Shown: piece after piece, positions 14,201 through 25,785 of the stretch
Position numbering within the stretch: position 1 is the stretch's first letter
How the letters are laid out: each line of letters opens with the position of its first letter
Source of the DNA: Okamejei kenojei
Taxonomy: Eukaryota
Assembly: GCA_035221665.1 (NCBI GenBank)
Contig: CM069133.1
Span: 44,764,001 to 44,828,000 of the forward strand
DNA: 64,000 nt
Reading direction: 5' to 3'
Position numbers and translations under genes: made by a program
Notes under the pieces: generated by a model
Seen by the model: only the letters and a program-made list of their open reading frames with translations
The model's database searches: none
What the model was told of the DNA's origin: nothing

Positions 14201-14749
14201 CTGCACACCCAGGAACCCAGGACATCTGTTGGATTTTTTGTTGAAGATGGGTTTATGGATCCTCAGATTTCCCAGGGTCCACAAACTCACCCAACAACCT
14301 GTGTATCGTTGGGTGCAGTTTGCCCTGGTTTCTTCTCATATCCCAGGGTATCACAGATTAAGATTGAACTCTTGTCTCTGGAGCTGTTCAGAAGTTTTTC
14401 TACCCATGCAACAGTAATTTGTCCCTCAAATAGGTGAGTGGTAGAAACGTGGGTGTGGAGGTGAGGAGTTGTAGTTGATGCAGATGTGGGCAGATTAAAA
14501 TGAGTCCTACCGTTTATTGTCTCCATTTTATTGCTCCACTGTGAAATCTATTCAAAATATCCCACAGGGAGTTCTGTGAATTCTTGCACCTTTTCGCTCA
14601 GTCACCCACAGACAGGAGACAACTGAACACAGTTGACTGGACTTGACGCTGTTATGTGAGCAGCTACACCTTCTATGGGACTTCTGGGACTTGGTTCCAA
14701 TTTACAGTTTGATTGTTGGGTGTAAATATTGTAGCATAGGGTGGAGATC

Positions 14750-15035
14750 TGAGCCAGAGGGCGACACCCTCATTGCATCTGCTAGTTCCACTCAGATTCA
14801 GCAAGGACGGGGACTGGGTGACTGAAATGCAATGTGTCAAAATGGAATTTGCCATTTGATGCCAACTGACATTTCTTGCAAAGTCTCTGGAGCCCTTTTA
14901 CACTCTGTTTTAACCGCACAACTCAAGCAGCAAGGAGTCTTGATCCCAGCGTGCCTGAGGGATTTGAAGGCTCAATAAGAGAAGAGAATGTTTTTGATTT
15001 GCTTTTGCACTGCCTGTCTCCACTGATCATACGCA
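14750..15035 (+). pseudogene. Orphan paralogue of the receptor promoter/5' UTR and leader exon (dead)
   Basis: Aligns by eye to 34420-34720 (gttccactcagattc, ggactgggtga, ttttacactc, gagaagagaATG). ATG at 14988 is followed by a deletion, an early TGA and loss of the GT donor. Confidence 0.75.
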
Positions 15036-15360
15036 TATTTTAATACAGAGCAGCAGTTGGTTTTCTGGCTGCTTCACTATAGGGTGAAACAAATAACTAT
15101 GAGATGGACTGGGCTGTCCATGGCATGGAGCAAAATCAGTCTTTTGATGCTATACTTAAAGTGAGAGGCAGACGTTCAAAAATGGAATATGTGAACGTTT
15201 TCCATTTATTCTCTCAGCAGTTGATGCCTGACCTGCTGAATTCTCCAGCACTTGTATTTAGTTTGATACAAAAATTAATGATGGGTTAGTGTATGTGTGC
15301 TCGATGTTCCTCATTTCAATCTCCAACATGCCTCTTGTTCCGTAATGTGGACTTGGGAAA

Positions 15361-16195
15361 TTCAAAGTCAAAGTCAAATTTATTCGTCACATGCACCAAC
15401 TAAGGCACAGTGAATTTGCCAGCAGCGATACAGTTGAAAATAAGAACACACAATACACAATAGAACTTAACACAAACATCCACCACAGCATTCTTCACTG
15501 TGGTGGAAGGCAACAAAGTTCAGTCAGTCCTCCTCCCTTTCTTCATCCATGGTCGGGGCCATGAACCCTCCGTAGTCGCCGTTACGGATGGCCGGATGTA
15601 CAGGCCCTCTCGTTGGGATGATCAAAACTCTGACGTCGGGACGGTCAAATACACTACGCGGCTTGGAGTGCTGAATCGGCCACTCTCCCACCGGAGACCA
15701 TGCCTTTAAGATGTTATAGGCCGCATGCCGGTGTTCGGAGCTCTTCTCCAGTGATCCCCGGGAAACAATCCCAGACTCCGGATGGTAAGTCCATGCCACG
15801 CACGCGGCTAGAAGCTCCACTGACCACAGCCCCCACTATGCCAAAGTCACCAGGCCAGCGATCGGAGCACTCCTTTCTGGCAACCCCCGGCAAGGGTTTG
15901 CCGCGCTCCGCGATTGAAAAGTCCACACTGTGCACACTGCTGAAGCTTTGGTCCCGACTCCGGGAAAGGCTGCTCCAATCCAAGCTGTTAGGCCGCGAGA
16001 GGGGAGGCAGAGAAGCGATATGGAAAAAGTCGCCTCTCCGTCAAGGAAGCGACTGAAAAACAGTTTCCCCCTTTTCCCCCCACACAAGACACACCGAGAG
16101 ACACCCAAAACACACACTTAGACATTCCAAAAAAACCAAAAAATGTCTTAGTAACGAACACGCTGCTGGCAGGACAGCCGACTCGCAGCGCTACT
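15361..16195 (-). mobile_element. Non-coding retroelement with LINE-type tail (related copy 57572-58327)
   Basis: Shares aaacatccaccacag..cactgtg.tggaaggc and tgttaggccgc...agtttccccc blocks with 57572-58327. Minus-strand AATAAA followed by a short-repeat tail. Confidence 0.55.
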
Positions 16196-17689
16196 AACCG
16201 AAAATTAAAAACTTGCCATGCTAAACAGTAATTAAAGCAAAAGTGGAGATACTTCTCTCTGGATGATGCAAATTAGAAGAAAAATGGGTATGATAGTTAA
16301 AAAGTAACATATTGCTGGAGTAACTCAACATATCAGTCACTATCTCTGGCAGACATGGATAGATGAAATTTCAGGATGTGACCCGTCAGACAATGTTAGG
16401 TGTTTTTTTGGAAATGAAACAACTGGGCTCATTGCAGAACATCCAGAGGGAAGGGGACCAAAAATTAAATGCCGCCCAGAACACAACAACCAAAGAAAGG
16501 AAATCCCAAAATATTCCAGAAAAATGTGACTGGGAGAAAGGTTGAAAGGAGAAGTGGAGCTCATTGGAGACCAAGTCCTAGCGGAAGCAGAGAGCATGGC
16601 TGTGTTAGCAAATAAAAATATTCTCAAAGTGTCTTTACCATGAAAGCATCTTTGAAAAGGACAATGCATTTGAAATTCTAGATATATAATAATAACTTGC
16701 TGATGAACCAAACTTGAAGTTGTAGGGAAGAGAAAGCCGTGCTGCAGCGGGATTATCCCGGGAAGCTGCGGCCCATAGACTGAGAACTAACCTGCCTGGT
16801 GGCAGGGCCGGATGTAGATGAAGAGAGGCCCTAGACTATTTCATGGGAGGCCCTCCCCCTCCCAATCCTCCACCCCCACGACAAGAGGACCATGACTACC
16901 CAATAGTGACAGTGTGACACTTTAAGATCCTACTGTATGGTGGCGCTGAGGGTGTTCTTTCGTTCTGACGTCAGAATTCCATCATCCCGGCGAGAGAGTT
17001 TGAGCAGCGGCGACTGCGGGGGCACTGCAGGATAAACAAACAAAACAAACAAAAACGTGAGCTTAAAAATGTTATTGCCTGAGAAGTGACCATAATTACC
17101 TGACAGTGACAGTGTGACACTTTTAGATCTGACTGAATGGTGTCATTAAACATTTGGTTTTAAAATACATATTGGATTCACTGCGGAGCGGGCAATGCTT
17201 TACCTGGATCGCCGTTTGAAGCTCCGGAGTGTTGAGCCTGTTGCTTCAACATCATGGAGCTGTGGTTTGCGGAGCTCCCAGCCTCGGGCCGCGCTGATTT
17301 CAACATCGCGGAGCCCTGGGGTCCCTTTGCCGAGGGCCGCCAGTGTGAATCACCGCCCAGCTCAGCCTGTGGACTTCGGGAGCCGCGGTCTCTGGTACGA
17401 AGTGGCCGATTCAGAGGTCCAAGCCGCAGAGAATGTTCTCCTGTTCCGATTGTGGATGGTGACCTCAAATTTCATTGTGCCAATTGGTGTCTCTTGAATT
17501 CAATCTTGAATATTAAAAAATAAAGAAACTACAAATACACTAAGAGTAAAAGTGTTTTTTTCTCACCTTCTTCATAGAAAAATCACCAAGATATGTTTGT
17601 CTAAGTTTGTCACTCTCAATGCACAGAATGCTCAGTGCAGACAACCTCTCTTGAGACATTGTGGCCCTTAATTCATTTTTAATGAATTA

Positions 17690-18908
17690 ACAAGGCCACC
17701 AAATTCGAGTGCTGTTTCTTACCACTTCAAGCAGGGTGCAAGGTCACCCAATTCAAGTCTAGTTTCATACTATTTCAAGCGGGGTGCAAGGCCACTAAAG
17801 ACAGCGAGTCTTGACCTCTCCATCTTGCAGAGACTGAGCCACGCCCACATTTCTGGCTTTATAGTCCCTCCCCCTCCCACCAGAAGGGGGGAGGGACTAT
17901 AAAGCCAGAATCAGATTGACAGGAGAGAGAATCTCAACATTTTTTAAACACTAATAACTCTTTTATGTTTCATTGATGGGGAAAATCCTCAGCACCTGAT
18001 GAGTGGAGGGGAACTCTGACTAAGATGGTCAAAAATCACAGCCGTACGTGGTTGCGTTTTTTCTAAAATCAATGTAAAGCGCAAACAGGAAGTGGTCAAG
18101 AATAGACATTTAAATATATAGAAGGCAAGGCAACTTTAATTAGGTAAGGCAACTTTAATTAGGCATGGCAACTTTAATTAGGCACGGCAACTTTAACTAG
18201 GCAAGGCAACTTTAACTAGGCATGGCAACTTTAACTAGGCAAGGGAAATTTAATTAGGAATGACAACGTTAATTAGGCAACACAGCTTTAGCATTTCCAA
18301 ACCAAAGGCAACACAGCTTTAGCATTTCCAAACCAAAGGCAACAGAGCTTTAGCATTTCCAAACCATAGGCAACACAGCTTTAGCATTTCCAAACCAAAG
18401 GCAACACAGCTTTAGCATTTCCAAACCAAAGGCAACACAGCTTTAGCATTTGCAAACCAAAGGCAACTCAGCTTTAGCATTTCCAAACCAAAGGCAACAC
18501 AGCTTTATAATTTCCAAACTATATTTTCAAACCACATTAGGGGCACTGACAGGTCAGTAAAACCACTCACAGTTTAGTAGACATATGTTCTGTGATATTT
18601 ACAGCTCAGACTGAGAGATGTGACCCTCTCACTCCCCCATCTTGCAGAGACTGACTGAGGCACTCAACACTTCCAGGTTTTATAGTCCCTCTGGAAGGGG
18701 CGTGGCCTTTAGGAGAGAATCTCAACATTTTTTAAACACTAATAACTTTATTTTTCACTTATGGGAAAAATCCTATTGTCCTGCGCAGGGGAGGGGGACT
18801 CTGAGTAAGATGGCCAAAAATCACAGCCGTAAATGGCAGCGTTTTTTCAAAAATCAATATACAGAACAACAGGAAGTGATCAAGATCAGACTTTTAGTAA
18901 TATAGATT
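17690..18908 (+). mobile_element. Helentron-like element with duplicated 3' module, inserted in the hAT ORF
   Basis: 17810-18122 resembles 18620-18908. Both end CAGGAAGTG.TCAAGA...TATAGA, like the end at 12454. Confidence 0.55.
18123..18520 (+). repeat. Two adjacent minisatellites: ~19-bp GGCAAGGCAACTTTAATTA and 31-bp GGCAACACAGCTTTAGCATTTCCAAACCAAA
   Basis: About 8 head-to-tail units of each are directly visible. Confidence 0.95.
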
Positions 18909-20984
18909 AAGGATTTTATCCTAAACTCATATCTTGAAGAGAGTTTATCTAAAGCATCAGGACCAGATGCACTTCCATAATTCCCTTGGAGTTTCCTTAC
19001 TCTTGTCTCCCTGTGACAGTTCTGTAGTTAACAACTGGCAAGGTGGCCTTTGCTTGTTGCTCAAGCTCATCATAATATTCTCTAATTTTGCTTACAAAAT
19101 CCTGAAGTGAACTGTACAAACTTGCACAAGTACTCAATAACAGTTTTGATTTTTGAATGGCTTTGTTGACGTTGTGGAAATGACCTAGCACACGGGTCCA
19201 AAAAACACAAATTCTAGTTCTTCCATTTTCTGCAAAACATTGTTAGCTTAAAGCCTGGTATCACCCTTCACATTAACATCTGAGTATAAATGATCGAGGG
19301 CATTGGTGACAGCACTGTGAATTTCCAAAATAGCTTCTGTGGCTTTTGCATGTGCCTCCCATGTAGTGTCTGACAAATATTTAGGCACTTTTGACTGAGG
19401 TTGCAAAAATGATTTTAGAACTGCCCATCTCTTTGTGGAGGATGAAAAGAAGGTATACATTTCATTGCTTTTTCCAAAAGAGTTCACTGCATCAAGGCAG
19501 CAATCAACAGCCAAACGGCCCACCAAATTTAATGAGTGAGCAGCGCATGGAATAAATCTTGCAAAGTTGTTTTCTTTTGAGGATTTCGAGGCATACCCTT
19601 GTATCTACCAGCCATGTTGGCAGCATTGTCATAAGACTGCCCTCGGCATTTTCTAAAGACAATCTCAAGCTCAGTAGTGAGATAGTTTAACACAAAATCA
19701 GCCATGCTTTCTCCTGAGTGGTCTTTCAGCTCAAGGAAAGTTAAAAATCGCTCACTTGGTAAACCGTCTTCAGGTGATACATATCTGATAATTAGTCAAC
19801 TGATCAGTATATGAAATGTCAGGGGTGGTATCCACTGACAAGCTGAAATATCCAGCCTTTCTCAAGTCAGCCGGAATTGCATCCTTAACTTTTTTTACCA
19901 TGAGTTGAATTATTTCCTCACATACAGTTTTTAACAAATAAGAGGGATTTCCTGATCTGGAGTTTCCATACCGATTGATAGAGCCAGTAAAAATTGATCA
20001 AATTTTGCAACTAGCTCTAAAAGACCAAGACAATTGCCGTTATTTGGAGTTCCAAATTGTTCATTGTCTCCTCTGAATGGTAAGCCTCATTCTGCAAGAG
20101 TGCATTTTACGGCAACAATTCACTCCATACATGCCACCAGTAATGCTGCACTGCTTTTATTTGCTCCTGTATCTTTGAAGTTAACGTTTGCCTTCGCTTT
20201 CTTGTTAAGTAGGTCAACATGGCATTCCTGTGCTTCTCTGGGTTTTCATGAGTTTGGATAAGATAGGGGTTTCGCCAATCATCAAATCCTTCAGAAGCTA
20301 AAGATGTAGCAGAAGAATAAGATGCAATGTTTGGAAAGAGTTTACAAACAAAGCAATATATCCGGCCTTTTGAGGGAGAATACACAAGCCACTCTCGGCT
20401 ATATGTTTCTCCATTGACTTTTGTTGAATAAAAAAGAGCCTTGGTGTAAAACATAGACTGATTTTTATACACTCGCTTGGAATTTGAAAATGGTCCACAA
20501 CGATGCTGAACTTGAGAGGTGCCACTTTCTACCCAATAGGATACGTCCTCATGTGATAATTCTGTCCACAAACCAACGTCTGTTGCAGTACATCTATATT
20601 TGGCATCATCAATCAGTTCTATATTTTCATTTTGAACTGATTGACCATCAATCAGTTCTATATTTTCATTAGGAGGAATATTAAAAAAAGTATTTGTTAA
20701 AGAATTGTTCCTTATTGACAATTATATTGCAAAACCTGAATCAAATATGAATCAAATCTGGCTAACTTATAACTGAAAAAGGCTAACTTATAACTGAAAA
20801 AAACAGGTTCACTTCTTAATAAACAGACAACTCACAAAGCAGTTTGGTAGACCAATTCAAAACTTTACTAATTATCGGCCGATGGAAGTAGCAAGGAAAA
20901 CAAACCTCAACCAAGTGAGCAACACAGACACTTGGCTGTCTTCTCTCCACTTCCCTGAACACAGAATTACATGGTATTATATAT

Positions 20985-21890
20985 TGTTGAGGCGGTTGAT
21001 GTCCCGCCGGCAGTTTAAAATAAAAAGATCTAAAGCCGGAAGATGGCCATGAGGGGGAGTCCAAGAGGAGGGGGTCCGTTGGAGATGGGTAAAGGGATCA
21101 TCAATGGGAGCGAGAACTTCCCATGGAAGAATGCTGTGAGGTGGAGGCGATGGAAGACGAGCTCCAAATCGTGGCGTGCGCGGAACTCATTGAGGTGGGG
21201 ACGGAGGGGGACAAAGGTGAGGCCTCTGCTGAGAACATTCGATATCTGAGAGGGGGAGGTCAGGGGGGATGGTGAACACATGGCAGCAATGTGGCTTGGG
21301 GCCGGAGGAAGGCAAGTCAGTGGACCGAGGCAGAGGCGATGATTGGTGGGGGGGGGGGGGGGGGGGTGGTTGGTGGTCAGAGGGCAGGGTGGTATGAGGA
21401 CTGTAATGTGGGTGGGGAAGAGCTGGGGTCACATGGTTTGAGGGGGATGAGGAAGACCCAGTGGAACAGCCACTAATGTTACCAGGGTGGGGGGACTGGC
21501 ACTAGGACCCAGCGCAGTCAAACCCAGGGGAGTTGTAGTCTGCAGTGTGGAAACTCCAGGCCCGGTGCTGAGCCCAGGATGCAGGTAAGGTGACAGCTGC
21601 GGGCTGCTGGAGGCCGGTGGAGTGGCGAGGTCAGTGGAATCGATGGTGGAAATCCACGGGGAGTGAAGTCAGGGTCAGCGGGCAAAGCATGGGCGCTCCT
21701 GGTGGGCGGATGGTTGGTGGGGTGGTGAGGTTAGGTGGGCCCGGTGCAGCGGGGAGGTTTGTATGCCCCAGTGCGGCGGGCAGGTGGGTAGGCGCCGGTG
21801 CGGCAGCGAGATGAGTAGGCCCCAGTGCGGCGGCGAGGTGGGTGGGCCCCGGTGTGGTGGCGAGGTGGGTAGGCTCCAGTGCGGGGAAAA
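20985..21890 (-). mobile_element. Penelope-like element 5' fragment nested in hAT
   Basis: VLSRGLTFVPLRPHLNEFRARHDLE matches 25065..25568. ~30-bp GC-rich tandem repeats at 21720-21885. Confidence 0.85.
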
Positions 21891-22804
21891 ACGGTTAAAT
21901 AAACTACATGCCTTTTGCTTTGTCCTGCATTTGTGATCCATGATAGTGAAGGCGTTGAAGGCGTTTTTAGTCGCGTAGAACGGAATTTCAGCATCAGGTC
22001 TTTTAGTAGCATTCCGAGCAAATCAAAGATCCAAGGATCTTTGGTGCAAATTCCTCTCTGACACAAATATAAACTCACCTGCATTTTTAATCCAGACCCC
22101 CCTCCGGAATTGCAAACACAGCGACACTGATGGGTTTTGTAACAACGCCACTATGTCAAAAGTTTTATACACCTTGGTGAAGCGAGGCCGAGACCCCCTA
22201 GATCTCGAGGCCCTAAGCTTATGCTTGTGAAGCTTATACGTAAATCCGGCTAGACTAACCCCCAAAGGACGGAAACTGCTTGGTAAACCCGACTCGCCCC
22301 CCCGGGGTTCGGGAACTTGCCTGCCGCAGATAGTGGAACCACGACCCGCATTGTAGACTGGAAACCCACCCCCCCCTCCCCCCCCCCCCCAGAAGGCCCG
22401 GCTTGCCCAGTGAGGTCTGGGGAATCACCCGACAGTGGACCCGTAGACCGGAACCCACCCGGAAGGCCCGGCTCGACCGCCTCGGATCGAGGACCCACGG
22501 GAACCCACCTGGAGGGCCGGTAAGCAGACAAGCTGCGGGAGGGAGCGCACGGACTCGACGGGGGTGTGGGCCGTTGGAGGTCCTGCAATTGCCTGGAGCT
22601 CGGCTGGTCCGGGCGCCGCTCCAAGAGACCGAGCACGTGGAATGGACGTGGCCTGCAGCGGTGGAGCAGCAGCGGAAGACACCATGGCAACGCTTGGCCA
22701 GGCCGACCCTGCAATGCAGCCTGGACAACAGGCCGTCATGGTCAGGTCAAGATCCCTGCACTTAAAACAACCTCAAATTGGTGCCAAACAGGCGACTCTG
22801 TACA

Positions 22805-25785
22805 CTGGGTACACAAAAGGCTGGAGAAACTCAGCGGGTGCAGCAGCATCTAAGGAGCGAAGGAGATAGGCGACGTTTTGGGTCAAGACCCTTCTTCAGA
22901 CTGGTCAGGGATCAGGGAAACGAGAGATATAGACGGTGATGTGGAGAGATAAATTACAATGAATGAAAGATATGCAAAAAAGTATCGATGATAAAGGGAA
23001 CAAGCCATTGTAAGCTGTTTGTGGTGTGAAAATGAGAAGCTAGTGCGGCTAGGGTGGGGGAGGGAGATAGAGATAGAGGGAATGCCAGGGCCCGAGGGCT
23101 GAGGGAGAGGTGGGAAGGGGAGGATACAGCAAGGGTTAACAGAATTGAAAAAAATCAATGTTCAAGCCCAGAGGATGCAGGCTCCCCAAGCGGAATATGT
23201 GGTGCTGTTCCTCCAACTTGCGGTGTTGCTCACTCTGGCCGTGGAGGAGGCCCAGGACCGAGAGGTCGGATATGGAATGGGAGGGGGAGTTGAAGTGCTG
23301 AGCCACCGGGAGGTCGGCTTGGTTATTGCGGACCGAGCGGAGGTGTTCAGCAAAATGATCGCCAAGCCTCCGCTTGGCCTCACCGATATAGATCATCTGG
23401 CATCTGGAGCAGCGGATGCAGTAGATGAGTTTGGAGGAGGTGCAGGTGAACCTCTGTCGGACCTGGAAGGACTGCTTGGGTCCCTGAAAGGAGTGGAGGG
23501 GGGAGGTGAAGGGACAAGTGTAGCATTTCTTGCGGTTGCAAGGGAAAGTGCCCGGGGAAGGGGTAGAGCGGGAGGAAAGGGAAGAATTGACAAGGGAGTT
23601 GCAGAGGGAGCAGTCTTTGCGGAAGGCAGACAGGGGGGGAGATGGGAAGATGTGGCGAGTGGAGGGGTCACGTTGGAGGTGGAGAAACTGGCGGAGGACT
23701 ATGTGTTGTATTTGCCGTCTGGTGGGGTGAAAGGTGAGGACCAGGGGGACTCTGCCCTGTTTGCGAGTGGGGGAATGGGGAGAAAGGGCAGTGTTGCGGG
23801 GTATGGAGGAGACCCTGGTGCGAGCCTCATCAATAGTGACGGAGGGGAATCCCCGTTCTCTGAAGAATGAGGCCATTTTGTGATGACCTGGTGTGGAACA
23901 CCACATCCTGGGAGCAGATGCGGCGTAGACGGAGGAATTGGGAATAGGGGATGGAGTCCTTACAGGAAGCAGGGTGGGAGGAAGAGTAGTCCAGGTAGCT
24001 GTGGGAGTCAGTTGGTTTGTAGTGGATGTCGGTCAGGAGTGTATCACCTGCAATAGAGATGGTGAGGTCAAGGAATGGTAGGGAAATGTCGGAAATGGTC
24101 CAAGTGTATTTGAGTGCCGGATGGAAGTTGGTGGTGAAATGGATTAAGTCAGTCAGTTGTGTGTGGGTGCAGGAGGTGACACCAAAGCAGTCGTCGATGT
24201 AACGGAGGTAGAGGTCAGGGATGGGGCCCAGGTACGCCGAGAACAAGGAGTGTTTGACGTACCTGACAAAGAGGCAAGCGTAGCTGGGGCCCATGCGTGT
24301 GCCCATAGCTACGCCTTGTGTTTGGAGGAAATGGGAGGAATCAAAAGAGAAGTTATTGAGGGTAAGGACCAACTCCGCTAGGCGGAGGAGGGTGTCAGTG
24401 GAAGGGTATGGGTTGCTCCTCTGGTTGAGGAAGAACCGGAGGGCTTTGAGACCGTCCTGGTGGGGGTTGGAGGTGTAGAGTGACTGGACGTCCATGGTAA
24501 AGATGAGAGGATGGGGGCCTGGAGAATGGAATGCACGGAGCCGACAGAGAGTGTCTGAGGTGTCTTGAACATAGGTGGGGAGGGATTTAACAAAGGGGGA
24601 TAGGATGGCATCAAGGTATGTGGAAATGTGTTTGGTGGGGCACGAACAGGCAGAAACAATGGGTCTGCCAGGGCAGTCGGTTTAGTGGATTTTGGGGAGA
24701 AGGTAAAATCGGGCCGTGTGGTGCTGGGAAACGATGAGGTTGGAGGCTAGGGGGGGGTAGGGAGCAGGAGCTGATGAAGTCGTTTATGGTGCTCGAGATG
24801 GTGGCCTGGTGTTCGTCAGTGGGGTCATGGTCCAGGGGTAAGTAGGAGGAGGCGTCCGAGAGTTGGCGCGCGGCCTCTGCTTTGTAGAGATCGACGCGCC
24901 ACACTACGACGGCACCTCCCTTGTCGGTGGGTTTGATAACCCAGTCTGGGTGTTACGGAGTGAGTCGATGGCAGTACGTTCGGGGCTGGAGAGATTGGAG
25001 TGAGACAGGGGAGTGGAGAAGTTGAGGCGGTTGATGTCCCGACGGCAGTTCTGGTTAAATAGTTCTATCTACAAGTGGGGGTCCAAGTGGAGGGGGTACG
25101 TTGGAGACATGAAAAGGGATCATCAGTGGGGGGCAAGGACTTCTTCCCATGGAAGAACGCTGTGAGGCGGAGGCAACGGTAGAAGTGCTCCAAGTCGTGG
25201 TGGGCGCGGAACTCATTGAGGTGGGGACAGAGGGGGACAAAGGTAAGACCTCTGCTGAGGACAGACCGTTCGGTGTTGGAGAGGGGGTGGTCCGGGGGGA
25301 TGGTGAACACGCGGCAAGGATGGGGGTTGTGGCCGGAGGAAGGCAGGTGAGTGCACTGAGGATGGAGCGTTGTGTGGTGGGGGGGTGGAGGGTGGTCAGT
25401 GGGTGGGGAGGTATGGGGGCTGTGGTGTGGGTGGGGAAGAGCAGGGATTACATGGTATGGGTGGGATGGGGATGACCCAGTGGAATAGCCACTAAGGTTA
25501 CTGGGGCTGGGGAGACGGGCACTAGGACCCAGTGCCGTTAAAGACAGAGTGGTGGGAGGAGTTAGCAACGTGGATACTTCGGGCCCACTGCAGAGTCCAG
25601 TCTGCAGGTGAGGCGACGGCTGTGGGCTGCTGGAGGGAGGTGGAGTGTCGTGGGTCAGCGGACCCGAAGGTAGGAGTCAGCGGGCAGTGGAGTCGGGGTC
25701 GGCGGGCGATGTGTTGGAGGTCCCGGTGGGCGGGTGGCGGGGTCGGCGGGCGATGCGTTGGAGGTCCCGGTGGGCGGGCGACTCT
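22805..25785 (-). mobile_element. Near full-length Penelope-like element (RT + GIY-YIG), frameshifted
   Basis: RT MDVQSLYTS, GVAMGTRMGPSYA, YLRYIDD (23830..24495). GIY-YIG LIYCIRCSRCQMIYIGE..RRLGDHFAEH (23136..23906). pLTR at 22805-22900. Confidence 0.95.

Larger units (their letters stand above)
16803..22250 (-). mobile_element. hAT (Tip100/ZMYM1-like) DNA transposon, decayed, with nested insertions
   Basis: Left TIR CAGGGCCGGATGTA; right end TAAATCCGGC (last bases missing). TTF zinc finger WLVYSPSKGRIYCFVCKLF (20107..20721), SVDTTPDIS, GQSYDNAANMAG, IPCAAHSLNL, and dimerisation domain LRATMSQERLSALSIL at ~17630-17675. Confidence 0.9.

Noticed and set aside
16386-16620. Hydrophobic minus-strand stretch after an acceptor-like site
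   Set aside because: T-rich composition makes all frames hydrophobic; no family is recognisable.
18277-18520. 31-bp repeats of CRISPR-like length
   Set aside because: Head-to-tail with no unique spacers, no cas genes, and a vertebrate context.
22250-23870. Long overlapping ORFs, including 23145..23870 (+)
   Set aside because: GC-rich repeat sequence and the antisense shadow of the Penelope ORF; no recognisable domain.
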